A DNA stretch of 63,769 nucleotides, counting the filler, from Collodictyon triciliatum (Eukaryota), in the NCBI GenBank assembly GCA_043381765.1. It is 17 parts of 17 records of this genome, joined end to end, with 100 filler letters (N's around TTAATTAATTAA, not from the genome) between each part and the next. Parts side by side here need not be neighbours in the genome. Positions count along the whole stretch, not along the records: positions 1 to 3,825 come from JBHJMP010006827.1; positions 3,926 to 7,750 come from JBHJMP010006828.1; positions 7,851 to 11,675 come from JBHJMP010006829.1; positions 11,776 to 15,597 come from JBHJMP010006830.1; 13 more parts are not named here. One strand, 5' to 3'. Under the pieces are notes generated by a model that saw only the letters and a program-made list of their open reading frames with translations, was not told where the DNA came from and ran no database searches. The position numbers and the translations under genes were made by a program. How positions within the stretch are numbered: position 1 is the first letter of the stretch; every line of letters starts with the position of its first letter. This document shows, one piece after another, positions 1-11,807 of this stretch.

Positions 1-96
1 TCCTACTCGCGTTTGCTCTCTCCCATGCGCTCCCATCCCGCCCCTTTGTATGGCATAACCTCGCTACACTTTGAATCGAATAAAGGAAAAAAAAAA
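1..96 (+). mobile_element. 3' end of non-LTR retroelement family A (…GTATGGCATAACCTCGCTACACTTTGAATCGAATAAAGG-An)
   Basis: Matches the reverse complement of 41741-41830 and also 37646-37704. Ends in AATAAA-GG plus a poly(A) tail. The contig begins inside the element. Confidence 0.8.
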
Positions 97-927
97 GTAT
101 TCGACCTAAAATCTACTGCTCGTGGACTATTAAAGAATCATTACAGCATCTCATTGAAGCTTTCAATTTTGAAGTTGTATCGCAGATAACCATGTATTTT
201 GTACCATGGGTTTATTTTACACAAAAAAGAAAAGAGCTTTAAATGTGCATTGTTAGGCTTTCATTTATTTATAACTAGAAGGGGTATACATTTATGAACC
301 AATAGAATCATAGGAATTACCTCTGTAAAATATGGCAAAATGACACTTCTCAAGACTCCAAGGGACTCTGCAAAAACTTCACCAATCAACGAGTGCTTTT
401 GCGCATTTTCAAAAAGCAGACTTATCCTTAATTTTTGCAGGATGACCAGAGACATCGATCAATGAATGTAATAAAATGTAAATGAATGTAATCAAAAAAA
501 TTATTTTTTTTTTTAAAAAAAACAACTAAAAAAACGAAAAAACGAAAAAACGAAAACAAAATAGTAAGGAATACTTCCGCCCTTTAGGGGGTTCGCTTTC
601 TTTTTAAAGGCATCCGTCAAGAATTCAATACATTAGATGTAATAAAAAAAATTAATGGAACTATTCTGAAATTCTTCGATCAAGGGATGAAATAGCGACA
701 GCACTAATCAGTGAGTAAATATAAAAAAACCAATTTATTAAGTTGTTTTTTTTAAGTCACTCAAAACCGAGCAGCATCCTGGATAAAAAAGCTCGAATGA
801 TGCGAAATCAAAAGGCGAAAATACAAATGAGACACGTGTTACTGGGACGACGATCGATATTAACTACGTAGAAGGTTTAGAATGAAGGCGCTTAGTTACA
901 GAACCAAGGGTTCGCACCGCTTCTACT

Positions 928-2498
928 TCAGGTGTTTGTAGTTCCATCGGATATTTTTGCAAGAACATTTCTTTTAGCCATAACAATACCATCCGATTCA
1001 CCTCGACGGGTATCATGATGTTCGGAGTCATCACACTTCCTTTTTGCCGAGGCATTGCTTGATATCAGGTCTAATGTTTTTCTTTGTGGGCTGGCTATCA
1101 AATCGTCTTCAGGTGCTGGCTCCTGTACCCCGAAATAGGTTGGTCCTCGGTCGGGGACATTTAAATCGCTGATCTGAGCGCAGTCTGCACCTTGGCTTGA
1201 TGTAAGATGGGGACCAGGGGGCGACCTCTTTAAGCGTGCATGCTGTGCAGAAATATTGAATTCTATAGGGGGTTCTCTATTTAATGACATGACCCTGTGT
1301 TTTCATCGTTCGAAGAAGGAAGCGTGAATAACACTGGTTCACTAAATTTTTCACTCAACCATTTCGTAAATCATAGGGGTAGAGGAACCTGATGACGGGC
1401 TCTTTGGGGGCTGACTCTGGTGTTGTTTCGGGTCATGAATGTGTATCTCAAGGGGTGGGACGAAGTGAGTTTCTTCATAAGGAGCGAGGTACTTTATGTA
1501 ATGCTCGCGCAGACGCGTTGCAGCATCTGTGCGCTTGGGCGGCAGGCCCAACGAAACGGTTATTTGGCACCACATCTTGCAAGCAATGACCTAGAAGAAG
1601 CAAGTAGTGAATCAATACATGATATCTCATATTCTCTGGTGGATTCGAAAATAAAATGGAAAGAAGATGCATGAAAATGAGTGATTATACTCTTCGATAT
1701 CCGCCCCTTACGGTGACCTCATTGTAGAGCTTGTGCAAATCGAGCTCTCTATGGGCGAGAGTAGGAACTTTCCCGATGGCAGAGCCACGAGCAGACATGA
1801 ATGCAAAAAGATCAACCAAGAACCGCTCCTTTTCATGAACACTTTGTTGGTTGGGCTTACATTCTGTCTGTTCAGTGGCAAGATTGGAAGGAAGTGACGG
1901 GCTTTCAAAAGGCACACTATTAGGTGACTTGTGGACATAGTTATGGTAGTGTATTTGATTTATCTTCGACAGCCCAGCTCGTGAGCTTGAGGTGAAATCT
2001 TGCTCTTTATGACAGGTGTCTTCATCTACTTGCGACGTGTAATTATGAAAGGTGTGTATTTCTCCTGCAGACAGCAAGTCTTGTATCGGTTCGCAACAGG
2101 TCGGCATTGACTTCTGTCCATCCACCCGATCAAGAAGATCTGTTTTTATCCAAGTTGTAAACGTTTTTTTCTCCTCCTCCTTACACAAGGCAATCGCATT
2201 CGATAGGTTCAAGGAGAGTGACTAATAGTTAAAAAAAAAAGGATGAGAATGGGGGGAAAGTCATGTCCAAACCTGATGTGCTGGGATGATAAAGCTGCTT
2301 TTGATAGCTGAGTTGCTGTGGATGGTGGAGTTGATAGCAAAACGAATGCATTGGCCATGGATACATAATTCTGGGATCGGTGTCGGCTTCCCTTCCTGCT
2401 TGCTCATGCGTGGATGCCAGTCCAGACGTATGGCAGACCTCCTTGGTCACCATGCCAAGAAGTTGATGGATGGAAGGCAGCAGCGGCTTTGAGTTCAT
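928..2498 (-). CDS. ARID/BRIGHT DNA-binding domain protein (4 exons)
   Basis: Spliced sequence EKERFLVDLFAFMSARGSAIGKVPTLAHRELDLHKLYNEVTVRGGYRR|VIACKMWCQITVSLGLPPKRTDAATRLREHYIKYLAPYE is a canonical ARID domain. GT-AG introns at ~2222-2272, 1591-1690 and ~1295-1354 keep the frame; TGA stop at 928. Confidence 0.9.
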
Positions 2499-2759
2499 TT
2501 TGAAAGGCTTCCTTATCTTTGTGCAGATTGGTTGCTGCCTTATGCAGAACACCCTGCCCACACAAAAGCGCATTAGTTAGGTTGAGGTTTTTTTTTTCTT
2601 CTTTACAAAACAGGCTGCGCTTTTGTTGTGCAATCAAGCAAACTCCATTTCTTTCCTATTTGTTTTCTGGGGTTGAGTGGATGGCGGGTTTGATCGTCGA
2701 CCCTATCACGGCGCGCACGTGCTTTGGCGTTTGTACCACATATAAAACCATGGCAAGTA

Positions 2760-3526
2760 CGTCAGAGAATTTGGTTGGCTGTTCTGCTTGTGACCGTGCG
2801 CAATGGGATGGGTGTGGGCGATTCAAACGGATCACACCACGCGCAAAGCAGAACCCATGTCAAACACGTCAAATCGCCCATCTTCGCAGGCGATTCAAGC
2901 CTGGATTGAAGCATGTCCGCTCCAATCTCAGCGCTTGGTGTGGCAGGCTTGGCCTCAACAACAATCCTTTCGAATGCCCTTATGGCCATGCAGCGCGCTT
3001 CCAGCGTCCCGACCAGCCGCAAAGCCCCTCAACCCACGACTCGGTGCTTGCGCGCACCCATCCCAACTCGTGGCTGCGCATCAGGTAACCTGAACTTGGA
3101 AGTCCTTTGCTGACGCACAGCGGCGTCACTTCTGTTCGTATCCCATGCCCACCACGTCATCATTTCGGCTTTGATTGCTTCGCGCACCGCAACAACAAAC
3201 CAAATGCTATATCACATACCCATCACAGAAACGGAAATCAATGCGTAAATCGGTTCTGCAAGGCGCATTTGGGTTTCTTGCGTGGCTGCAGCGCCTTAGC
3301 CATGCCCAAAGGAGGAAGTAAATAACCGCACAAACCCCCTTTTGGAGAGATAGATGCTGCCCTACATAGACCAGGTGACGCAGGGTGACGTTTTCTATGT
3401 CTGCAATGCGCCTATGTTGCGTCATCCCTCGCAATCATATCGTCATCATGCGTCACCACCTGAGCAAGTGCACCATATGCGGAATTCTTTGTCAAGAAAT
3501 GAATTGTACCATGCGCCATCTCGTCA
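2760..3526. promoter_or_regulatory. GC-rich region upstream of the ARID gene with clustered TGACG/CGTCA (CRE/as-1 half-site) motifs
   Basis: About 11 TGACG/CGTCA pentamers, 9 of them in ~3110-3526. No convincing coding signal in the region. Confidence 0.4.
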
Positions 3527-3825
3527 TTTGCGCGGTGCCGAATGTGGAGCGTGCTTTTCTACTTAAGGCATGAAGCCGCTGGCGCAGGGCAGGAGAAGTG
3601 TTTTCCCTGCACAGTTTTTTTATCGATTTTCGTTTCAAAGTGCCTTGTGGGTGCTTTTCCAATGTGCTTGGATTCTGCACCGCCCAGTACCGAGGACAGT
3701 GTCGCTTTGAAAACGAATCGAGCTAAAAAAAAGAATAAAAGAATAAAAGAATAAAAGAATAAAAGAATAAAAGAATAAAAGAATAAAAGAATAAAAGAAT
3801 AAAAGAATAAAAGAATAAAAGAATA

Positions 3826-3925
3826 NNNNNNNNNNNNNNNNNNNNNNNNNNNNNNNNNNNNNNNNNNNNTTAATTAATTAANNNNNNNNNNNNNNNNNNN
3901 NNNNNNNNNNNNNNNNNNNNNNNNN
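3826..3925. other. Artificial contig spacer (N-run/TTAATTAATTAA/N-run); first of 16 in the window
   Basis: The same 100-nt spacer, with stops in all six frames, recurs at about 7751, 11676, 15598, 19519, 23439, 27359, 31279, 35197, 39114, 43029, 46946, 50860, 54774, 58687 and 62600. The contigs between spacers are all ~3.81-3.83 kb and shrink slowly, i.e. a size-sorted concatenation. Confidence 0.97.
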
Positions 3926-4046
3926 ACTAAAACTAAAACTAAAACTAAAACTAAAACTAAAACTAAAACTAAAACTAAAACTAAAACTAAAACTAAAACT
4001 AAAACTAAAACTAAAACTAAAACTAAAACTAAAACTAAAACTAAAA
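3926..4046 (+). repeat. (CTAAAA)n microsatellite at contig start
   Basis: About 20 perfect hexamer copies. Confidence 0.95.
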
Positions 4047-4489
4047 ATTAAAAAAAGTATGAAAAATTAAAAATTTAAATTCTTAATAATAAAATATTCC
4101 TTCAGGTATAGAAAACCAAAAGTATCAGCTAACGAAAAAAAATATGGATAAAAATTTGAAACAAAGAAATCTTATAAATTAAAATTTTTCAAAAAGAAGG
4201 ACTGAATGTTTAAAAAATAGGCGTAAAGAAAAAATCTGTAAAAAAAAAATGAAAAATGAATAATGAAATGCAAGAATAAAAAAAAGAAAAAAAAGAAAAA
4301 AAAGAAAAAAAGAACAACAAGAATAAAATGAGGAAGGAGAGAATTAAAGAAAGAAAAATAGACTGAAACAAAAATTAAATTAAAAATATGCCAAAAATAA
4401 AAAACAATAATTTTAATAAATTAATCATTACAAATAAATAAAAATTGAAATGTTAAAGGAAATAGAAATAAAAATGAAAATGAAAATAA

Positions 4490-5830
4490 AAATCATGAAG
4501 AAGGTACTGCAGCAGTTTTTTTCTTGAAAAACCAGGTTCATCTCAAAAAGGAAGAAATTTCCCAAATCGATTTGGAAATTGTAAATATATTAAAAATTTA
4601 CTCAAATATGAATCAAAGTGTGTCAGTCAGCCAAAATTTTGAAACGGTTTGAACCTGTCATCAAATTTTACTATTACCAGAGGAGAAATGTACTTAATTT
4701 GTCAGCGAATAAAAATTTAGCAAATATATACTTGAAAATAGAAATAAAAGGAGTAAAAAATAATTTTTTAAGAGAAACTTTGAAAAAAAAATTTTACAAA
4801 ACGAAAAAAAAAATTAAATCACGAACAAAAAAATTCAAAAGTAAAGGAAACAGGACCCAAAGAGACTCAATATATGAAAATCAAAAGGAAAAAAATAAAA
4901 ACCTCTTAGTAGGTGCTACTGCATTTTTTTTCTTGAAAACCAGGTTCATCTCAAAAAAATTATAAATTTCCCTAATCGATATGGATATTATAAATATATT
5001 AAAAATTTACTCAAATATGAATCAAAGTGTGTCAGTCAGCCAAAATTTTGAAACGGTTTGAACCCGTCATCAAATTTTACGATTGCCAGTGAATAAATGT
5101 ACTTAATTTATCAGTGAATAAAAATATAGCAAATATATACTAGAAAATAGAAATCAAAGGAGTAAAAAAAAAAATTAAGAGAAACTTTGAAAAAAATTTT
5201 TTTAAAAAACGAGAAAAAAATTAAATTACGAACAAAAAAAAATAATTCAAAAGTAAAGGAAACAGGACCCAAAAAGACTCAATTTATGAAAATCAAAAGA
5301 AAAAATAAAAATCATGAAGAAGGTACTACTGCATTTTTTTTCTTGAAAACCCAGGTTCATCTCAAAAAAAAATTATAAATTTCCCAAATCGATTTGGAAA
5401 TTATAAATATATTAAAAATTTACTCAAATATGAATCAAGCTGTGTCAGTCAGCCAAAAATTTGAAGCGGTGTGAACCTGTCATCAAATTTTACTATTACC
5501 AGAGGAGCAATGTACTTCATTGATCAGGAAATAAAAATAAAATATATAAATTCTAGGAAATGGATATCAAAGGAGTAAAAAAAATAATAATATTCTTTAT
5601 ACAAAAAAAAATGAAACAGACGACAAGAAAATGAAATTACAAACAAAAATTATAACCCCTAGGCTAAAGAAGAAAAAAATGAACCAAAATGTATATAGTT
5701 CATTCCGTTTATGATATTAAAAATTATTGACGGTAAAAATAAAATGTAAAAAGGGAAAATAAAATAAAAACCTCTCAGTAGGTGCTACTGCATTTTTTTC
5801 TTGAAAAACCAGATTTATCTCAAAAGAGAT
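4490..5830 (+). repeat. ~410-bp tandem repeat, 3 full copies plus a partial one, with alternating A/B variants
   Basis: AATATGAATCAA..TGTGTCAGTCAGCCAAAA recurs at ~4605, ~5015 and ~5427. Unit heads alternate ATCATGAAGAAGGTACT (~4493, ~5311) and ACCTCT(T/C)AGTAGGTGCT (~4901, ~5770). Confidence 0.9.
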
Positions 5831-5879
5831 AAATTTCCGAAAAATTCATGGTAAAATCTGTAAATTTCATTGAAAGTTT

Positions 5880-6128
<249 letters not shown>

Positions 6129-6219
6129 TGGCCATCGACAAAGCAATATAGTACATATATTAGGGAAATAAAAATAAAATAAAACAAAAAATCATGCAAT
6201 CTTATAATTAAAAAAACTA

Positions 6220-6389
6220 ATCTTATTTTATATCTTTTTTTTGGTTTATTTTCAACAGTTTATTGAGAGAAAACAAAGCCGAGGAAACCGCCTTCGCCTC
6301 TATGACAAGAAATGAGCTGTGAACAAGACAGTGGAAAACCCCGGATTGTGTGGTTGGAGATTTTGTGTTTTATCTTATTTTATATCTTT
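6220..6389 (-). mobile_element. Retroposon family C, ~134-nt insert with 18-bp TSD
   Basis: TSD ATCTTATTTTATATCTTT at 6220-6237 and 6372-6389. The insert is near-identical to 38955-39090. The minus strand ends …CTCTCAATAAACTGTTGAAAATAAACC-An. Confidence 0.85.
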
Positions 6390-7094
6390 ATCTGAATACT
6401 AAAACAAAACTATTTATGAAGCTATTAAATCACACATTTAATTTTTTATCTATTTTTGAATCTCATTTACATATTTTTGTATTTTTAAGTAAACAAAGAA
6501 AAATTTTAATTTTTTTTTTGCCACTGAAATGAAGATAAATTATTATCCGGAATATTCTACACATCGGCTGCTTTCATGATATGAAGCTAATCAAATCGAA
6601 TATTGGGTTTAATTTTCGTTACAGTTTTATTTTTGTTTCAAAATAAAACTACTTACATGAAAATTACAATTTATATACCAAATTGTTTAATTCAATAGAA
6701 AAAAACCAAAATATGTACCATGTAGTTTTTTTCATTTTAGTTGCAAATACATACTGAATACTAGTAAAATAGAATAAAATGGTATTTTTTTTTAAAAAAA
6801 AATTCATCTTTATTCCATCTCGTTCATTTCCTTAGAAAAAAGGGAACATAACCAATATGAAAGAAAATATGAATAGTGAAAAATGGAAGAGCATCTTAAA
6901 AAGTTCTATCCTTCTTGAAAATAACAAGGTCAATATGATTAAATCAAGAGATAGACCATTCAGCTTGGAATTAAAGTAAAGCTCTCCATGAAAAAAAAAC
7001 ACTATAGGGTGGTTTTAATTAATGACAAATGGAGGTGTGCATATTTCTCTTCTTCTCAGACCCTTAAAATAACCTCGTCATTTCCACCTTGATT

Positions 7095-7505
7095 CTATAG
7101 TTTGTTGCAAAAGTCCAGTGCTTTCGACAGGGCGTTACCTCCCCCACATTGTTCACGGACTTTCTCGTAAATGGTGTATCCTATGCGAGCAGTGCCTGTA
7201 TTTGGAACAGTAAATACACCACTTGCAAAACCAACACCAATGACTCCAGCTGTAGTTAAACCGGCAACGATATGAGCTCCAGCACCTCCATCCACACTTG
7301 AATGAAAAAACTTGACTGGAGCGCTTTTCGAAGAATCCCAGATGACGCAAGTATAATTACCACTTTTTGCGTGATCAAACGAAGATTCGGCCCCCGAAAG
7401 ACTGTCAAATTCATCCTTAACATAAGGAGTATTTGGATCACGCCCTCCGAAAAAAGACGCACCAGGAATGTTCCACGGGTAAGTGACAACTTTATAACGG
7501 CCCAT
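7095..7505 (-). CDS. Small intronless hypothetical protein (136 aa) with a Gly-rich hydrophobic segment
   Basis: Clean ORF MGRYKVVTYPW…DFCNKL with coding-like GC content against AT-rich flanks. Contains GGAGAHIVAGLTTAGVIGVGFASG. No family recognised. Confidence 0.65.
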   Translation of the reverse strand: MGRYKVVTYPWNIPGASFFGGRDPNTPYVKDEFDSLSGAESSFDHAKSGNYTCVIWDSSKSAPVKFFHSSVDGGAGAHIVAGLTTAGVIGVGFASGVFTVPNTGTARIGYTIYEKVREQCGGGNALSKALDFCNKL

Positions 7506-8109
7506 TGCTTCTTTTTTGATTACTCCTTTATCGCAATAAAAAAAATTTATTTTTCTCAAAAAATCGGCTAGATAAAAAAAAAAGCAACCAAAATAACCCT
7601 ACATTGCACAGAATTCAACAGCAAAACAAACCAAACCAAACCAAATCGAAACAAAACAAAACAAAACAAAACAAAACAAAACAAAACAAAACAAAACAAA
7701 ACAAAACAAAACAAAACAAAACAAAACAAAACAAAACAAAACAAAACAAANNNNNNNNNNNNNNNNNNNNNNNNNNNNNNNNNNNNNNNNNNNNTTAATT
7801 AATTAANNNNNNNNNNNNNNNNNNNNNNNNNNNNNNNNNNNNNNNNNNNNACGAAATCAAAAAAAAGCGAAATTTAAAGAAAATGGAAATTAAAACAGTG
7901 GATAATAGTGCCTTTGTTTGTTTGTTTGTTTGTTTGTTTGTTTGTTTGTTTGTTTGTTTGTTTGTTTGTTTGTTTGTTTGTTTGTTTGTTTGTTTGTTTG
8001 TTTGTTTGTTTGTTTGTTTGTTTGCACTTCAAAGAAATAGGAATCTGAAAATCAAAAATATATCCATATTTTCAGTCCATGTAGTAAAAATAACCAACAA
8101 TTTCCCACC

Positions 8110-11051
8110 CACGTATCAGAAGAAAGTGACCATTGATTGAACCCTCCAAATGCAATCATGTTTGAAAGGTGACCAATATTAAACCCGACCGGAACCCCCA
8201 TGGGATACATAGCAGTGATATTCCATCCCTTAAATCCTAAGTAAATGCACACCGAAAAAAGAAAACCAAGATTATTTTAACATAGTCAAAAAGTAAAAAA
8301 GTAAAAAAAAAGAAAAAAAAAAACAAAAGGAGAATAGGGGTATTTTATTGCTGACGCCAAACCTTCATCCCAGCACCATATTTCTCGTACCCCGGACGGA
8401 GATTCGTGGTTGTAGCTGTCAGAGAAACAAAAATTCTCATTAATCACTATCGCGTTGGTTGATTGCCTCATAAGTGGCCCGTTTGCAGGATTCGGGTAGA
8501 TTTTTCCTTGTTTTTTGTCCAAGTCATAAACATATATTTCTGTGGATGGAACGGTTCTGTTCACATTCATTCCTCCCCACAGAAAAAGTTTATTTCCGAT
8601 CAATGAGTTTGCAGAAAGATATCGAACGCCAATATCGGCAAAAAATGTTGAAGATACCACCAAAGGAAGCCATTTGCGCGTGGCTGTGAATTAATAGAAA
8701 TAAGGTTAGATTGTGCTACTAAATGATGACATAGGTGATGAAAAAGGACAATAAAATACAAACCAAGAGAGAATGTTCTTAGTATAGGCTGGGAATATCC
8801 CGGATAGAATCCACCAAAGAGGTAGAACGAGCCACGCCAGTAGGCAAATGCCTATAAAATGTAATTCAGGACAGAATAATTATTGTAATCACAACATATT
8901 CAAAATATGGTGCAATCATTACAGCGTTTGATACAGCAGGCGCACAATCCAACTGACTCGGATGACAAAGTGACTCTTGTGAAAGTCTGCTCCACCGGCT
9001 ATTCCCCTCTAAAATATTTATCTTTTGATACGCTCGCACGGTCGAAATACATGATTACACATATAAAATATCTTACCTGTACTCAGAATCCAAAGGTCGT
9101 TTGTTGGTTGCAGATCATAACCGGACACGATACCTCCGAACATACCAATCTTATTTTCGCCAATTATGCATGTGTGATGATTGGTTCTTGCGAGAGGATA
9201 TCTTGATAAGCTGCTATCAATCCACTGCTTTTTCACTAATTTATCATTAATCTTCGTTTTTTCCCCTTTTCTATGGCTGTGATTTTTAACTGCATGAATT
9301 ATACCAAAAAATAATCAAAAATCATATTGGCAAGCTTCCAGTCTAAAATATATAGGGTTAGAACCTCCATCGAAAATCCAAAAGTCGTTCTGCGAATTGG
9401 AAGAGCTCAAGCCTCCAATTAGTATAAACTTTCCCTCAAATGCAGATGAAAGGGCGTATTGTCTTGGAGAGGGCGAGATAATAGGATAATTTTTTCGAAA
9501 ATCAATTTCCAGGGCTGCAATCTCGAACAAAGAGTTCGTTTCTGTACATATATTATTATATTCACTTAATCATATCAAATACCTAAGCTTAGTATTAATA
9601 ACAGGAATATGAATCCGATGATATGACTAAATTGTATACTCACCAATATTTACCATTAATGTTACTGATAAGAAGTTATAATTTGAATCTAGTCCACCTC
9701 CAATTACAAAAATAGTATCATCATGAATTGACAAAGAGCCAATATAAAAATATGGGTATTTTTGAGGTAGTTCGACAGGTTCAATCCACCTTCCTAGGGC
9801 TAGAATGGTTCTTAGTTTATGAACTTGCATAAACACACAACCTCTTCTAAAGTTGGCATTTATAACCATTTCGAAAGACATGAATTAAAACAAAATCTTA
9901 TGTATATTTATATATTGAATTACTTATGTTGAACTTCCATAACTTTGGTACTGGCGTGTAGTAATAAGGGTCATAAGGTGTGGCTCCAAATAAAAATAAA
10001 GTGTCATGATAGGTTATCATTCGTGCATCAAAATGCGAAGGTACGTAGTCCAAGTCAGCTTGGCTTGCAGATATAGATTTCCACATCCTTTTAGCTAATT
10101 TGTATATTATATTTACCATATTTATAAATATCCTCCTAAATAGAAACCGTGGAGTGATATTTAACCAAAGAGAAAAAAATAAATTCGAATATGAAGGAAA
10201 CATTACTTGTATCAAAGGCCCATAGTTCATTCGAACGTGAACTTGCAATGCCTCCAAAGCTGAAAAATACGTTTTCAAATGCAGAGCAGCCCATATACGC
10301 CCTCGGTAGTGGTACATCTTTTGAAGAATACGGCATGAACTCCCATCGAAATGTAGTGATGTCAAGTGCGAACATATCGTTCAGAATTTTGGCTGTCTTC
10401 ATTATTTTTCCTCCGAACATGTAAATCTAATATATTAACGAGTAATGGTGTGGTATATTGCTTTTGATTGTGTATTACTATATCAAATGCTAAATCAGTG
10501 ATTCTTTGAATAGAACGTGGATGAAATAGTTTTAAAATATGTTTTTCCCCTTTCATTCGATTCAAAGAGATTTTGAGATAAACTTTAACAGTGGTGGTTT
10601 TGAACAAACTTTAAATTAAACTTACTTTATGCCCTAAGAGCGCAGTGCAATGGTATATTCTTCTCATAGGAATATCACCAGACGTCATTTCCCACCTCCA
10701 TTCAAGGGTTTCTGTGTATGGCATGCCACAAGGTAAAAATACAGGAGGAAAAGAAAAGAAAATAAGTGAGAAGAAAGGATGGAAAACAAGGACGCAGCAA
10801 ATATTTGATTATTCTTGGTACTAAACACAAGAGCTTTGCATCTCAATCGGAAAGAAAACTGCCGATGGATTCATTCATAGTCGGGATATTACTTGTGTTT
10901 AATATCCATATTCGGTCGAGGAGGTTGCTACTTTGGACGTATTCGAAGCTATATCTAAAATTATGATATTCTTCTTTTTAAAAAAAAAAGTGATGTTTCT
11001 TGAATTTCCATCATCTTTCCATAAGTCGATGGGATGGTTTACTTGAGTGAA

Positions 11052-11089
<38 letters not shown>

Positions 11090-11466
11090 GTAGCATACAG
11101 TACTTCGTTAAAAAAGCATCAAATATATGTTTATTTCTCACGAGGCTCCGATTACGTATATGTCTTCGTCGTAAATCACAGAACCACCACCAGCAATTTC
11201 GACCGGGTAGTTAGAAATGTATTCCCAACCTTTTATTTATACGCACCAGTTACATTTTTATACAAAGACCAGAGTGTTTTGAGATGTGTGAAATGAAATA
11301 TGTGCCGCACTATAAAGCCGTCCTTTATCATGTTTGACCCCTTTGATTTTAATGTATTTTTTTNNNNNNNNNNGTTAATAGAACCTTCGAAAGACGAGAG
11401 GCAACTGGAGCTTCTGAAGAAATTCGCAAGGAAGAGAAGAAACGTCGCCAATATGCGGAGCAGCAT
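8110..11466 (-). CDS. Secreted/cell-surface kelch-repeat (beta-propeller) protein, multi-exon, 3' partial
   Basis: Signal-peptide-like start MLLRILATFLLFLANFF. Many kelch motifs across exons: MFGGK..LNDMFALDITTFRW, PRAYMGC..FSFGG..NELWAFD, PRQYA..LIGG..NDFWIFD, ARTNHHTC..MFGG..NDLWIL, FLWGG..EIYVYDL. Confidence 0.85.
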
Positions 11467-11807
11467 ATCCTGAGTTTTAATTCTTTAATTAAACTCATCA
11501 TATATGTTGAAAGGCATATCCCTTTGTTTTCTAGTGTTTTCTAGTGTTTTCTAGTGTTTTCTAGTGTTTTCTAGTGTTTTCTAGTGTTTTCTAGTGTTTT
11601 CTAGTGTTTTCTAGTGTTTTCTAGTGTTTTCTAGTGTTTTCTAGTGTTTTATAGTGTTTTATAGTGTTTTATAGTNNNNNNNNNNNNNNNNNNNNNNNNN
11701 NNNNNNNNNNNNNNNNNNNTTAATTAATTAANNNNNNNNNNNNNNNNNNNNNNNNNNNNNNNNNNNNNNNNNNNNATTTTAAAAAAGAAATAAAGAGAGG
11801 GGAAAAC

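Noticed and set aside
2519-3754. Overlapping ORFs in the GC-rich region upstream of ARID
   Set aside because: No recognisable domains and no consistent frame. Such ORFs are expected by chance at this GC content.
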